Shown: piece after piece, positions 25,198 to 34,977 of the stretch
Layout: the number at the start of each line of letters is the position of its first letter
Numbering within the stretch: position 1 is the stretch's first letter
NCBI GenBank assembly: GCA_035480235.1
Contig: DATIHX010000008.1
Span: forward strand, 96,104-160,103
Direction of reading: 5' to 3'
Origin: Candidatus Saccharimonadales bacterium
GTDB lineage: Bacteria; Patescibacteriota; UBA1384; 2-12-FULL-50-11
Length of the DNA stretch: 64,000 bases
Position numbers and translations under genes: made by a program
The notes under the pieces: model-generated
Seen by the model: only the letters and a program-made list of their open reading frames with translations
Database searches by the model: none
What the model was told of the DNA's origin: nothing

Positions 25198-26265
25198 TTA
25201 GTAGACCATCATCTTGAAGGCTTTCGGGTCGATCGCCCAAGCCAGCGCCGTGTCGATGGTAATCTCGCCGCGACTGACTAATTCGGCTAAGACTTTATCG
25301 AGGGCGATCATCCCTTCAGAGGCCGAGGTCTGAATAATGTTGGGTAGTTGGTGAGTCTTGCCTTCGCGGATGGTGTTACGAACGGCTGAGTTGGCCACCA
25401 TAATTTCGGTGGCCAGCACCCGCCCGCCCTGAACTTTCGGCAACAAACGCTGCGAGACCACGCCCAAAAGGACGTTAGCGAGTTGCATCCGCACTTGCAT
25501 TTGTTGATGCGGCGGGAAAACGTCGATAATTCGGTCGGCGGTTTGGGCGGCCGAGTTGGTGTGTAAAGTAGTGAACACCAGGTGGCCGGTTTCAGCCAGG
25601 GTTAAGGCGGCTTCGATGGTTTCCAAATCGCGCATCTCGCCCACTAAAACCACGTTCGGGTCCTCGCGCAAGGCGCTGCGCAAAGCCCGGCTGAAGGAAT
25701 TGGTATCAACGCCAACTTCTCGCTGAACGACGATCGACTTTTGATGCTCAAAAACGTACTCGATCGGGTCTTCGATGGTAATAATGTGTTCGGCCCGGGT
25801 TTGGTTGATATGCTCCACCAGCGCCGCCAAGGTGGTGGATTTGCCGTGACCGGTTGGGCCGGTAATGATCACAAAACCCTGGCTGGGCTCGGCAAAGCGC
25901 TCGAGAATTGGCGGCACGCCGAGTTGTTCCATCGTTTTAATGGCCACTGGAATCAGCCGCAGCGCCGCCCCGATGTTGCCCTTTTGGTAAAAAGCGTTGG
26001 TTCGGAAGCGCATCTTTTGGTAACCGAATGAAAAATCCAGCTCCCGCCGGGTAGTCAGCCGCTCTGTTTGCTCCGGCGTCATAATGCTGGAGAGTAGCCG
26101 TTCGGCCGTTTCGGCGGTCAGGACGCCTTGGTCGGTCAGCGCCAACAGCCGGCCGTCAACTCGCAAAATCGGTGGCGTCCCCACCGTGATATGTAAATCC
26201 GAAGCGTTTTTCTCGACCGCTAAGTCGAGTAAACTTTTCATCTGGGCAGTCAAAGCTTCAGCCAT
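25198..26265 (-). CDS. pilT: twitching motility ATPase PilT
   Basis: GPTGHGKST Walker A, 355 aa, PilT family. Confidence 0.95.
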   Translation of the reverse strand: MAEALTAQMKSLLDLAVEKNASDLHITVGTPPILRVDGRLLALTDQGVLTAETAERLLSSIMTPEQTERLTTRRELDFSFGYQKMRFRTNAFYQKGNIGAALRLIPVAIKTMEQLGVPPILERFAEPSQGFVIITGPTGHGKSTTLAALVEHINQTRAEHIITIEDPIEYVFEHQKSIVVQREVGVDTNSFSRALRSALREDPNVVLVGEMRDLETIEAALTLAETGHLVFTTLHTNSAAQTADRIIDVFPPHQQMQVRMQLANVLLGVVSQRLLPKVQGGRVLATEIMVANSAVRNTIREGKTHQLPNIIQTSASEGMIALDKVLAELVSRGEITIDTALAWAIDPKAFKMMVY

Positions 26266-26428
26266 TGTTAATTCCCTCCATGCTTATTCCCATCGTACAA
26301 TAAATAATTTTCATCGGCGAATCTGCCAACATTACAAATATCCAATAACCAATAATCAAGTAGCAAGGATTGAATATTAATTATTTGATTATTATTTGAA
26401 TATTGACTATTGATTATTGAAAATTTTT

Positions 26429-28903
26429 TCATTCGGTCGTTCCTGGTACTTCTTTAATCGAGGTCATGGTGACGCGCATCACTTCATCCACCGTCGTTAA
26501 GCCCTTGAGGGCTTTCATCAAGCCGTCTTGGACCATCGTCACCATGCCGTTTTTGATCGCCGCTTTCTGCAGCTCCGAGGCCGGGGCTTTCTTGACGGCC
26601 AAGTTTTCGATTTCTTCGTTCATCGCCATAACTTCGAAGATACCCACCCGGCCGCGGAAGCCATCGGTGCAGTTCGGGCAGCCTTTGCCGTGGTAGAAAA
26701 CCAGTTGCTCCAGATCCACCGCCTTCAACTGGCCGCTCGGCACGGCCGCCAATTCCCGTTGAGCCCGGGCCAACACCGCCGGCGGCACCGCCACTTTTTC
26801 CCGGCAGTCTTCGCAAATCCGCCGCACCAACCGCTGGCCGATGACGGCGTTTAACGACGAAGTGATGAGGAACGGCTCGATGCCCATATCGATCAAGCGC
26901 GGCAGCGCCCCCGAGGCTTCGTTGGTGTGAAGGGTGGAAAGCACCAAGTGGCCGGTCAGGGCCGCCTGGGTAGCCATCGCCGCCGTTTCCAAATCGCGGA
27001 TTTCGCCGACCATAATGACATTCGGGTCTTGGCGCAGCACCGAGCGCAAACCTTCGGCAAAAGTAAAGCCGATCTGCGGCATCACCTGGGCTTGGTTCAA
27101 ACCTGGCAGCTCGTACTCTACCGGGTCTTCCAGGGTAATAATGTTGACGCCGGGGCGGGAGATGCGCGTTAAAATGGAGTAAAGCGTGGTCGATTTACCG
27201 CTACCGGTCGGGCCGGTAGAGAGGATAATGCCGTACGGCTTGGCGATGTTTTTAATTAAGACGTCGAAGTTCGAGCCGGTCAGGCCCAACTGCTCCAGCG
27301 TTTGCATGCCCTCGGATTTATCCAGCAAGCGCATCACCACTTTTTCGCCGTGAATGGTCGGCAAGGTGGAAACCCGCAAATCGACTTGCCGTTTATCCAG
27401 CACCACATCAAACCGGCCGTCTTGCGGCACCCGGCTCTCGTCGATTTTCATTTTGGAGAGGATCTTAATGCGGGCGATGAGCGGCGCGTGCAAAAAGCTC
27501 GGCGCCTTAACGATGTCGTGCAAAATGCCGTCGATCCGGTAACGAATCCGCAAGTACTCTTTTTCGGTTTCCAGGTGGACGTCGCTGGCCCGCATCCGGA
27601 TGGCTAAGAACAGCACCGCTGCCACTACTTCCGGCACCATGCCGGTTTTGAAGACTTCGGCCAAATCAGCGGTGGAAGTGACTGGTTTTTTGATCAATTT
27701 ATCGAGGTCTTGGTCTTCCAATGAGGCCTGCTGGGCCTCGGCCATCCGGGCCAGCTCCTTCACCGACTCGGCTGTTGGCCGGTTGACGATATCGCCAGCC
27801 GTTAAGGTGACCAATGTTTGCTCGCCGGCGGCTGGCGGTTGGCTTTCACTCCTTAAAATCGGCGACGGGGTGGCCGAAGCTGGCACGGTTTCGCCGGTGG
27901 CAGCGCCTGGCGGGGCACCGGCCGTTTCCGCCAGAGGCGCGGCCGAAGGCAGCGCGCTTGGTGGTTGTTCGACCTGGCGAGCCGGATGGTAATACTTGGC
28001 TTCGGGGTAGAGCTTGAGCGCCGCTTCAAAAGAGGCCGTCGTCGTGCGGTAGCGGTCGATCAGCAGTTTGTTCCGGTTTTCGATGTAGGCCAAAATTTCT
28101 TTGACGTGGAGGCTCTCGGGTTCCACCATCGCCACTTTAATCATCGGCGGCTCGAATGGCCCGGGGTGGCGGCTGGCGTCAAAAACAATCAGTTGGTACC
28201 GTTTGGCTACCGCGTAAGGGATTTGGTTGAGAGTGGCCGGCGGAATTGCTTGGCCAGTTAAATCAATGGTTTTACCGACGCCTTCGACGGTTTTATGGAG
28301 CTCGGAATGTGCCGGCGTCGCGGCGATTGGCAGGCTTTTGGGCGGGGCCGGCGGAAGCGGCAGAATGTCGAGCGGAGCCGGTTTCAACTCGGCCGCTGGT
28401 TGGTCGTAGGCTTTAATCACCACCGCCTCGGCGTCGCCCGGCGGCACCACCACCAATTTAATATGGAGGCCTTTTTCTTTGCGCAGCCGCACCAACGCCC
28501 CCGGGGCGTCGCGCTGCAACAGCGCCGGGTCGGTAACGGCCAGGGTCAAAACGGCATTTTTCAGCTCGAAGGGTAGCACCTTATAGCGTTCGATCGCCTC
28601 GCGCGGCAAGAGCTTGACCACGCTGGGGTTAATCGGCCGGTCAACTAACCGTTCAAACGGTAAGCCAAAAAATTCGGCCAAGAGCTCCAAGAGCGGCTGC
28701 GGCTCAACCAGCCGGTGGTGCAGAATATAGGCGCGAATTTCGGCGATGGTTCGGCCGTGCAAAACTTGCCGGAAGCCGGGTTTCAGCAGCCCTTTTTCCA
28801 CCAAAAAATTCAGCAAACTCCGGGCAGAAGCGCTGGCTGGGGCGGAGAGATCGCCGGGCCGCGCTACCTTGTCCTCAACCGGTAAGTGGGTGTTGGCCGG
28901 CAT
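26429..28903 (-). CDS. pilB: type IV pilus assembly ATPase PilB/GspE with a long N-terminal extension
   Basis: GPTGSGKST, tetracysteine CEDC...CPNC, N-terminal GspE_N-like domains and a Pro/Ala-rich linker. Confidence 0.93.
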   Translation of the reverse strand: MPANTHLPVEDKVARPGDLSAPASASARSLLNFLVEKGLLKPGFRQVLHGRTIAEIRAYILHHRLVEPQPLLELLAEFFGLPFERLVDRPINPSVVKLLPREAIERYKVLPFELKNAVLTLAVTDPALLQRDAPGALVRLRKEKGLHIKLVVVPPGDAEAVVIKAYDQPAAELKPAPLDILPLPPAPPKSLPIAATPAHSELHKTVEGVGKTIDLTGQAIPPATLNQIPYAVAKRYQLIVFDASRHPGPFEPPMIKVAMVEPESLHVKEILAYIENRNKLLIDRYRTTTASFEAALKLYPEAKYYHPARQVEQPPSALPSAAPLAETAGAPPGAATGETVPASATPSPILRSESQPPAAGEQTLVTLTAGDIVNRPTAESVKELARMAEAQQASLEDQDLDKLIKKPVTSTADLAEVFKTGMVPEVVAAVLFLAIRMRASDVHLETEKEYLRIRYRIDGILHDIVKAPSFLHAPLIARIKILSKMKIDESRVPQDGRFDVVLDKRQVDLRVSTLPTIHGEKVVMRLLDKSEGMQTLEQLGLTGSNFDVLIKNIAKPYGIILSTGPTGSGKSTTLYSILTRISRPGVNIITLEDPVEYELPGLNQAQVMPQIGFTFAEGLRSVLRQDPNVIMVGEIRDLETAAMATQAALTGHLVLSTLHTNEASGALPRLIDMGIEPFLITSSLNAVIGQRLVRRICEDCREKVAVPPAVLARAQRELAAVPSGQLKAVDLEQLVFYHGKGCPNCTDGFRGRVGIFEVMAMNEEIENLAVKKAPASELQKAAIKNGMVTMVQDGLMKALKGLTTVDEVMRVTMTSIKEVPGTTE

Positions 28904-28906
28904 CCA

Positions 28907-29173
28907 TTAGAATCCGGCAAAAACGTTGTCGCGGCCGACTTCGCTCGGCTGAACATTGACCGGCACGTTCGACGGCACGTTCAGCTGGCTAACTTGCTTG
29001 TTTAAGGGGTTGGTAGACGCAAAAAGGTCGCGGGGAATGGTCGGCACCACCCGGGCTTTGGCGGTGACAGCAGCGCCCTTAGGCAAACTGAAAATTAGTT
29101 CCAAAATGAAGGCGACGATGACAATAATTAACAAGCCGATGCCGATCCAGGTTTCAATTTTACTATTTCGCAT
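28907..29173 (-). CDS. small single-TM pilus-cluster protein
   Basis: 88 aa with an N-terminal TM helix. The call rests on position only. Confidence 0.5.
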   Translation of the reverse strand: MRNSKIETWIGIGLLIIVIVAFILELIFSLPKGAAVTAKARVVPTIPRDLFASTNPLNKQVSQLNVPSNVPVNVQPSEVGRDNVFAGF

Positions 29174-29678
29174 TAACTACTCCTTGATAGACGAGCCCAA
29201 GCTGAATGGTGACGTTTAAGTTGCCGCTTTGGTCAGTGGCAACCGACTGGCTTTTCACCACCGCCGTCCGGATATTTTTATTAACGGCCGAAAGAAAAGC
29301 GCTGACCGCCGCTTGGCTACCGGTAAACGACAGGTGAACTGGCACCTGGGAGCCATCCGGCGTGCCGACGTTCACTTCGTTAAAGGTGACGCCACTACTG
29401 GAACCCAAGCCCTCCACCATCACTAGCACTTCCGGCACTTGGGCGGCTTTCGGCATCGCTAAAAAGAGGGCGGTCAGGGTGGCGGTGACGCCGCTGCCTT
29501 GGGCGCGGATGGCGTCGAGGTCGCTTAAGCGTTGGTTGTACGAGGCCACCTCCAGGTTAGCAACTTTCGCGTCTAAGGTGTTGGCGGAAAAGGCCTTAAC
29601 TTGGCCGTTAATCAGCCCAAACCAACCGACAATCGCCGCCAGCAGTAAAATCAGGCCGAGATGGCGTTTTTTCTTCAT
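29163..29678 (-). CDS. PilO-like pilus assembly protein
   Basis: N-terminal TM helix plus coiled coil. The call rests on position in the cluster. Confidence 0.55.
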   Translation of the reverse strand: MKKKRHLGLILLLAAIVGWFGLINGQVKAFSANTLDAKVANLEVASYNQRLSDLDAIRAQGSGVTATLTALFLAMPKAAQVPEVLVMVEGLGSSSGVTFNEVNVGTPDGSQVPVHLSFTGSQAAVSAFLSAVNKNIRTAVVKSQSVATDQSGNLNVTIQLGLVYQGVVNAK

Positions 29679-30292
29679 CGCAATACCCCTAGGTTAATTT
29701 GGCCGGAAATCGAAAAGGTTACTTGCCGGCTGCCGGAAGTAGCGGCGGTGAAGCCATTGGTGGCCAAGGTAACAGTGGAAAACGGCGTCGGCGTTCTAGC
29801 CTGTCCTTGCTGCCAAACCACCAAAGCTTTGGCCAAGCTGTCCAACGAGGCGGTTTTACCGTCGGCTTTAAACTGGCCGGCGTCGGTGATCGACAGGGTG
29901 GTCAGCTGGACGTTTTTGGGCGTCACGGCGTTGAGCTGGCTATAAAATTTCCCCCAGTCAACCTTACTGCTCAAAGCCGAGGCCAAGAGCGTGTTGCCGG
30001 AGAGGACCTGGTTGACTTCGTCGTTGATGGTTTTGTAATTGGCGGTTTGCAGCAAGGTTTGTTTGGCCGCTAAGGTTTTGTTGGCCGAGCTAATCCGGCT
30101 TTTTTGGTACAAATTTAACCCGACCAGCAAAATGATTTGAACCAGCACCACGAAAAAGATGATCGTCCCGAAGGTGTCGATGGTGTAGGTGTTAGCCGTG
30201 ACAGCGGCGATATCTTCCTTGAGCTGCGGTTGTGGGTTGCTGGGCAACCCCGTTTGCGGTTCCAAAATCCCCTCCTTACTTCTTATATTCAC
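29675..30292 (-). CDS. PilN-like pilus assembly protein
   Basis: Single TM helix plus a coiled-coil periplasmic region. The call rests on position. Confidence 0.55.
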   Translation of the reverse strand: MNIRSKEGILEPQTGLPSNPQPQLKEDIAAVTANTYTIDTFGTIIFFVVLVQIILLVGLNLYQKSRISSANKTLAAKQTLLQTANYKTINDEVNQVLSGNTLLASALSSKVDWGKFYSQLNAVTPKNVQLTTLSITDAGQFKADGKTASLDSLAKALVVWQQGQARTPTPFSTVTLATNGFTAATSGSRQVTFSISGQINLGVLR

Positions 30293-30386
30293 TGTACACG
30301 GCGGGCAAAAGAGGTGTCAATGCTTGAAAAATAGACCCGTTCCAGGTATCGTCGAGCTAATTGAACATTACAACTTGGAGGTTGAT

Positions 30387-31085
30387 GTGAACAAACGAGA
30401 ATTAGTTATTGCCATGTGGGCAGCCGGCATTATTCGATTCGCTGGAGAGGAGGAGGAAGGCTTCCGCTGGCAGCTGCACCGCCCTGGTCGGTTTCCGGAG
30501 GCGTCACTATCGCCGATGAAAATCGAATTTCGCTCAGCGGATACCGACAAGGAAAGACACGCTATAGTAGGTCTTCTGAAACTTAAAGCTGGAAAAGTGA
30601 TCGGCGACTACGTACGCCAAGAAAAATTAACGCCTCCCCAGCTGGTCTGCGGTGTGCCGAACGTTGGCATGACCGTAGCGGCCGGGCTTGTTCAGTACTG
30701 GCCATCGGTATCACAACCCCCTAGATTCTTCGCCGGTCTTCGCAAGCTTAACGATGAAATTAGCCTCAACCCACTGGCAAACTGGCCGAACAACGCCGAA
30801 GTTATGTTGGTTGACGACGTTTTGTCACACGCCGACAGTAAACTTCAAGCAATTAATATCTTAAAAGGACGAGCTTCAGTAAAAGCCATTGCCGTACTGG
30901 TTGACTATCAATTAGGCGGGCAGGCGAAGCTGGAAAGCGCTGGGGTGAAGGTGCTGGCCGTTATGCACGCAACAGAACTGTTGAACACGCTCGTGGATGA
31001 CAATCTCATTCCCTGGAGCACCCACAGTCGTTGCCTTCGTTGGTTTGAAGAAATTCGCCAGCTGACAGCTGCCGTCCGTGCTTGA
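30387..31085 (+). CDS. phosphoribosyltransferase (orotate PRTase-like)
   Basis: GTG start 5 nt after GGAGG. PRPP-binding loop VMLVDDVLSHADSKL. Confidence 0.72.
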   Translation: MNKRELVIAMWAAGIIRFAGEEEEGFRWQLHRPGRFPEASLSPMKIEFRSADTDKERHAIVGLLKLKAGKVIGDYVRQEKLTPPQLVCGVPNVGMTVAAGLVQYWPSVSQPPRFFAGLRKLNDEISLNPLANWPNNAEVMLVDDVLSHADSKLQAINILKGRASVKAIAVLVDYQLGGQAKLESAGVKVLAVMHATELLNTLVDDNLIPWSTHSRCLRWFEEIRQLTAAVRA

Positions 31086-31097
31086 TTCCCCACTCTT

Positions 31098-31120
31098 CCC
31101 GGCTCGTCCGGGATTTTTTT
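31098..31120 (+). terminator. intrinsic terminator
   Basis: CCCGG-CTCGT-CCGGG followed by T7. Confidence 0.7.
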
Positions 31121-31544
31121 AAATAAATTTTGTGTATTCAATAAAGTCCGTGTGTTGCATATCGTTTGGGCGGCGAGCGGTTTCTTTATAGCTGAGCTTT
31201 TCATAGAATTTTATGGCTGGCCAACCGTCGCCGGTTACTAGTCGAATCTTGTGCGCCTTATTCTCTACGGCGTACTCTTCAATCTTCGCCATTAGCTCGG
31301 TGCCGATTCCTTGGCCGCGTCTATTATGAGCAACGATTAAGTCGTTGATAGTACAGACACCGCCTTGAATTTTTCCCTGAATGATTCCTAATATTTCACC
31401 GTTATCTTCGGCCGAAAGATAGAATGGACGAGTAGTAAAATCAACATCAGCCGTACCATAATGCTCTTTATCGGCAATTGGCCATTCAATTTGCTCAAAC
31501 CTTTTAAGAGCATCCGATTTTTCTGTAACAAGATTTATATTCAT
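31119..31544 (-). CDS. GNAT family N-acetyltransferase
   Basis: RRGQGIGTELM acetyl-CoA motif. The start is taken at the internal ATG (MNINLV). Confidence 0.85.
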   Translation of the reverse strand: MNINLVTEKSDALKRFEQIEWPIADKEHYGTADVDFTTRPFYLSAEDNGEILGIIQGKIQGGVCTINDLIVAHNRRGQGIGTELMAKIEEYAVENKAHKIRLVTGDGWPAIKFYEKLSYKETARRPNDMQHTDFIEYTKFI

Positions 31545-31728
31545 GCAGCCCTTACACGACGCAATACGCAACCTCTCGCTGGAGTTTGAAGTTGATCTTA
31601 GCCATCTCAATAGTCTAAATAATAAGCTCAAACTTGTAACAGTCAATTCTTTTTCAGCTAAGGGTTTGCTATATTAGCATCGGTTGATACGTTGCCCAGA
31701 AAAGTGGCAGCTAGACCAAGGAAGTATC

Positions 31729-32505
31729 ATGCCAAGAACGTTAACATTAGAGCGCGAGCTCCTTCGCACCTTTAAGAGGTTGGACAAGTGGTCCGACTTC
31801 CTCGACCTATGGCCCCAGGTTGACACCGAAGAGGAGGCAAACAGTCTACTCTTCGTCGGGACTAAAATACTGTTAAGCACCACCCTACTGGACGCAAAAG
31901 CATTTTTGGAGGTAAGCGAACGGGCAGATTTTTATCTAACCATCAGTAATCACTCCAATCGCACATTGGCCACGACTGCCCAGCAACTAATCGTGAAGTA
32001 TCTTCTCCCGCAAGCTCAGACCGAAAACAGCTGGGCCGAATTGCATCTGAAGTTTCTGAAGTTTCTCGAGGAGCCGCTAACGAGCCTCTATGAGCCGCCG
32101 TATCCCCGTTTTGTTCACCAATACTTGTCAGATAGACTACTGAAAGCCACGCTTGGAGCAAAGCCCCGGTTAACGGCTCTAACACCGGTTTCCCCAGAGC
32201 TTCTAGGCCCACTAGTCGCTTGGGGCCTGGTTAGTGAACTTAGCTACTATCAGCTCACCGACTCCCAGAGGAAGCTCCTGGTGGAGTACTTTTCAAAGTA
32301 TCTCAAAGAACGGGAGCTCAGTCCGCTGGGTGCGTTCCAGAATTTTTACCCGAACGCGGGTTGGGATCGGATTAATAATGAGGTCTTGAGACATGGGGTG
32401 GATCAGCGGGTAGCTGAAGCCTTAGTTAGTATTACAGGCCACCAAGACTTTCACGCAGCCGCTCAAGGCCGGGAACCAACAGCGCTCCTCAAGGCCCTTG
32501 CTTAG
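31729..32505 (+). CDS. hypothetical protein
   Basis: ATG preceded by AAGGAAG. I recognise no motif. Confidence 0.6.
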   Translation: MPRTLTLERELLRTFKRLDKWSDFLDLWPQVDTEEEANSLLFVGTKILLSTTLLDAKAFLEVSERADFYLTISNHSNRTLATTAQQLIVKYLLPQAQTENSWAELHLKFLKFLEEPLTSLYEPPYPRFVHQYLSDRLLKATLGAKPRLTALTPVSPELLGPLVAWGLVSELSYYQLTDSQRKLLVEYFSKYLKERELSPLGAFQNFYPNAGWDRINNEVLRHGVDQRVAEALVSITGHQDFHAAAQGREPTALLKALA

Positions 32506-32659
32506 CCTATCTTTCTTCCCCGGAAAATCCGGGGATTTTTATTTCTGCAGGGGTTAGTTGACGCATTTCAAACAGCAGCTATAAATGCCGATGATGATTT
32601 CAAATTAAAAGATTTAGTCACGACTTTCAACTTATCAGGCGATTTATTAGCCACCAGGG

Positions 32660-33040
32660 CTAGCTAGTAATGTACCGACTCCCGGATTTTGAATAAGCTT
32701 CAACTTCGTATTTGTTGTCACTGTAACCTTTAGTTAAAGATTCGATTGTGTAAAGAAACGGGTGGATGAACGGTTCTCTTTCATACTGCTGGACGTGAAT
32801 CAACTCGTGAGCTAAATCTTTTTCATCAGCTGTCGGTCCTAGCTGAACGACACTGCCATTAACTAACGCTCTGATGCCCTTTTGACCCGGCAACCAAGAG
32901 TACCACCAAAAGCTCCTCACCTTAAAAATAAAGGCAAACGGTTTACGTGATACAGCCAAGCTGAGGGGAAGCGACAAAAGCACTAAAACCAAACCCACTA
33001 TAGTCCAAGGCAGATTCAGTATGAAGCTAATTAGTTTCAT
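32660..33040 (-). CDS. membrane-anchored HExxH metallopeptidase-like protein
   Basis: N-terminal TM helix and LAHELIHVQQ motif. Confidence 0.6.
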   Translation of the reverse strand: MKLISFILNLPWTIVGLVLVLLSLPLSLAVSRKPFAFIFKVRSFWWYSWLPGQKGIRALVNGSVVQLGPTADEKDLAHELIHVQQYEREPFIHPFLYTIESLTKGYSDNKYEVEAYSKSGSRYITS

Positions 33041-33692
33041 CGAGCCGGAAGAGTCCGTAAGTCATAAAACCGAAGCCAGTTCCCGGCCCGATGGCCGAAT
33101 TCAGTTCTTTAATTTCAAGGTTATTTTCTTTCGCTAATTCCGGCAGTAACTTTAAATCTGCAAAATCACCCCAAGAAAGATATACTCTTGCCCCCGGCTT
33201 TAGATGACTTTTTAACTCACGGAAAAATCGTTTAGTTGCTTGGTTGTTTTCGTCCCAAAAACAGATTTCGGTTTTATTGGATGGTTTTTTAGCCGTAAAA
33301 GGTGGATTGATTGTTATTACGTCGAATTTTTTGTCTTTCACTGGTTCAAATAAATCCCCTTCGATGAACTCGATATTCTTCAGTCCTAATTTCTTTTTAT
33401 TAAAGTTAGCGTTCTTGACCGCTTCTGGATTAAGGTCAACACCAATAACGTGACCCGCTCCGAGCGTGGCTGCTTTTAGGGCAATAACTCCCATTCCAGT
33501 ACACAGGTCAAGCACCTCGTCGCCTTTATAAACCTCCATTACCTCACACATCAATCGACTATCTGAGCCGCCGCCATAGACGTGAGGAAAGATTGTTAGG
33601 TCTAAATCCACCAAGTTCTTATCGTATGGGTCACTTAGTGTACTGATTTTTTTAATTTCTTCCGCCTGACGTTGCAAAGACGCTTTTGTCAT
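33027..33692 (-). CDS. class I SAM-dependent methyltransferase (NPPF type)
   Basis: DLCTGMGVIAL motif I and ITINPPF motif IV. The start ATG overlaps the SET gene stop. Confidence 0.85.
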   Translation of the reverse strand: MTKASLQRQAEEIKKISTLSDPYDKNLVDLDLTIFPHVYGGGSDSRLMCEVMEVYKGDEVLDLCTGMGVIALKAATLGAGHVIGVDLNPEAVKNANFNKKKLGLKNIEFIEGDLFEPVKDKKFDVITINPPFTAKKPSNKTEICFWDENNQATKRFFRELKSHLKPGARVYLSWGDFADLKLLPELAKENNLEIKELNSAIGPGTGFGFMTYGLFRLDETN

Positions 33693-34189
33693 CTCATTTT
33701 TCCTAGGATAAACCAGGCGAAGTTGTTGCCGTATTTTTGTTGGAGCTCCGGCTTTTGCCAATCACGGCCGGTAATATGATGGCGGCACGTGGGGTTGCCA
33801 CAGCTACACTCAAAGTTATCGTCGTTATTAAAAATCGTGGCGTAGTCGACGCTTAACTCTTCACCGGCGTGAATATCCCGTAGAGCCACGCAGGCGATTT
33901 GCCCATTGATAGCCATATTCGGCTCACAGCAGTGGTTGAAGAAAATCATCGACTCTTCGAACTCGTCCTTAGTCAGCGGAGCCATATAAATATCATCGGT
34001 AATTTGAATATGAGAGTGATTAACAATATCCCAATTAGCCTCTAGAGTTGCCCGGTCAATTAGATGGCCATTTTTAACGGCTAATAGCTCACCTTTTTTA
34101 ATAGCCTCTTTTGCAAAAAAACCTCGGCCGCTGATGTGGCTCGGCTTTCCTTTTTCGGTCTTTGGTGAAATCCACGAAGCAACACTCAT
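33689..34189 (-). CDS. SET-domain protein (putative lysine methyltransferase)
   Basis: GRGFFA..., FFNHCCEPN, ELSVDY and post-SET CSCGNPTCR. Confidence 0.85.
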   Translation of the reverse strand: MSVASWISPKTEKGKPSHISGRGFFAKEAIKKGELLAVKNGHLIDRATLEANWDIVNHSHIQITDDIYMAPLTKDEFEESMIFFNHCCEPNMAINGQIACVALRDIHAGEELSVDYATIFNNDDNFECSCGNPTCRHHITGRDWQKPELQQKYGNNFAWFILGKMR

Positions 34190-34260
34190 AGACGTATTTT
34201 ACTCCTGGGATTAGGATTGTCGAGCTATAACTTTTTAATAGAATTGGCTAGTTCGGGGAA

Positions 34261-34977
34261 ATGTTCAATAAATGTTTGGTGGTCAAGGGCGAGCGTAAAC
34301 ACGATATGACCAAGTACGATTCTGAGTGGTTCACGCTCAAAAAGATAGTTAAATGCAAAAAGTGTGGTCGAGCCGTTTCCTCTTATTGGGGTCGCAAGAA
34401 CATCTACCTCCGCTGTAGCGGCTCAGGCCAGAATAGCTGTGGCAACCCAAATACCGCCGAATCGCTCGTCATTGGCCCGATTATCGATGATATCGCTCAA
34501 GCTCAAGTACCCGAGAATCTTATCCCAAAAGTGATTGCTGAACTAAAGAATCGGCACGAAAACCAGCAGCTCTATTTCACGCAAAATATCGAGCAAACCA
34601 GGAAAGAGTACGACGGAATCAAGGAAAAAATGAAAAGAATTTACTACGACCTAATGGACGGTCGTATTACTCCGCAGCTGCACGACGAAATCGCAAATGA
34701 ATTAGAAGGTCGGCAGCAGATTCTTAACGACCGGCTCAAAAAGCTAACGAGTGATAACAAAAGCTTCCAAGTAACCGCTTCTTACCTGTTAGACCTCGCC
34801 CAGCGAGCTTCTGAGCTTTTCAAATGTTCGAATTACGAGCTTAGACACAAGCTTCTGAGTTACATGCTTTCGAACATCGAATTAGAGGACAAAAAGCTCT
34901 CGTATGTGCTCAACGACCCCTTTAAAACCATCATCGAGCAAAAGAAAAAGGCCCAAGCTGGACCTAATTCTACTATT
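34261..34977 (+). pseudogene. C-terminal fragment of a large serine recombinase (zinc ribbon plus coiled coil, no catalytic domain)
   Basis: CKKCG...LRCSG...CGN zinc-ribbon pattern and coiled coil. The resolvase N-terminus is missing. The ORF tail reads through the antisense of tRNA-Trp. Confidence 0.6.

Larger units (their letters stand above)
32530..34977. mobile_element. lower-GC patch with a recombinase remnant abutting tRNA-Trp (putative degraded integrated element)
   Basis: By eye ~40-45% GC against a ~55-58% background. The truncated serine recombinase faces the tRNA 3' end. Boundaries are uncertain. Confidence 0.4.
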
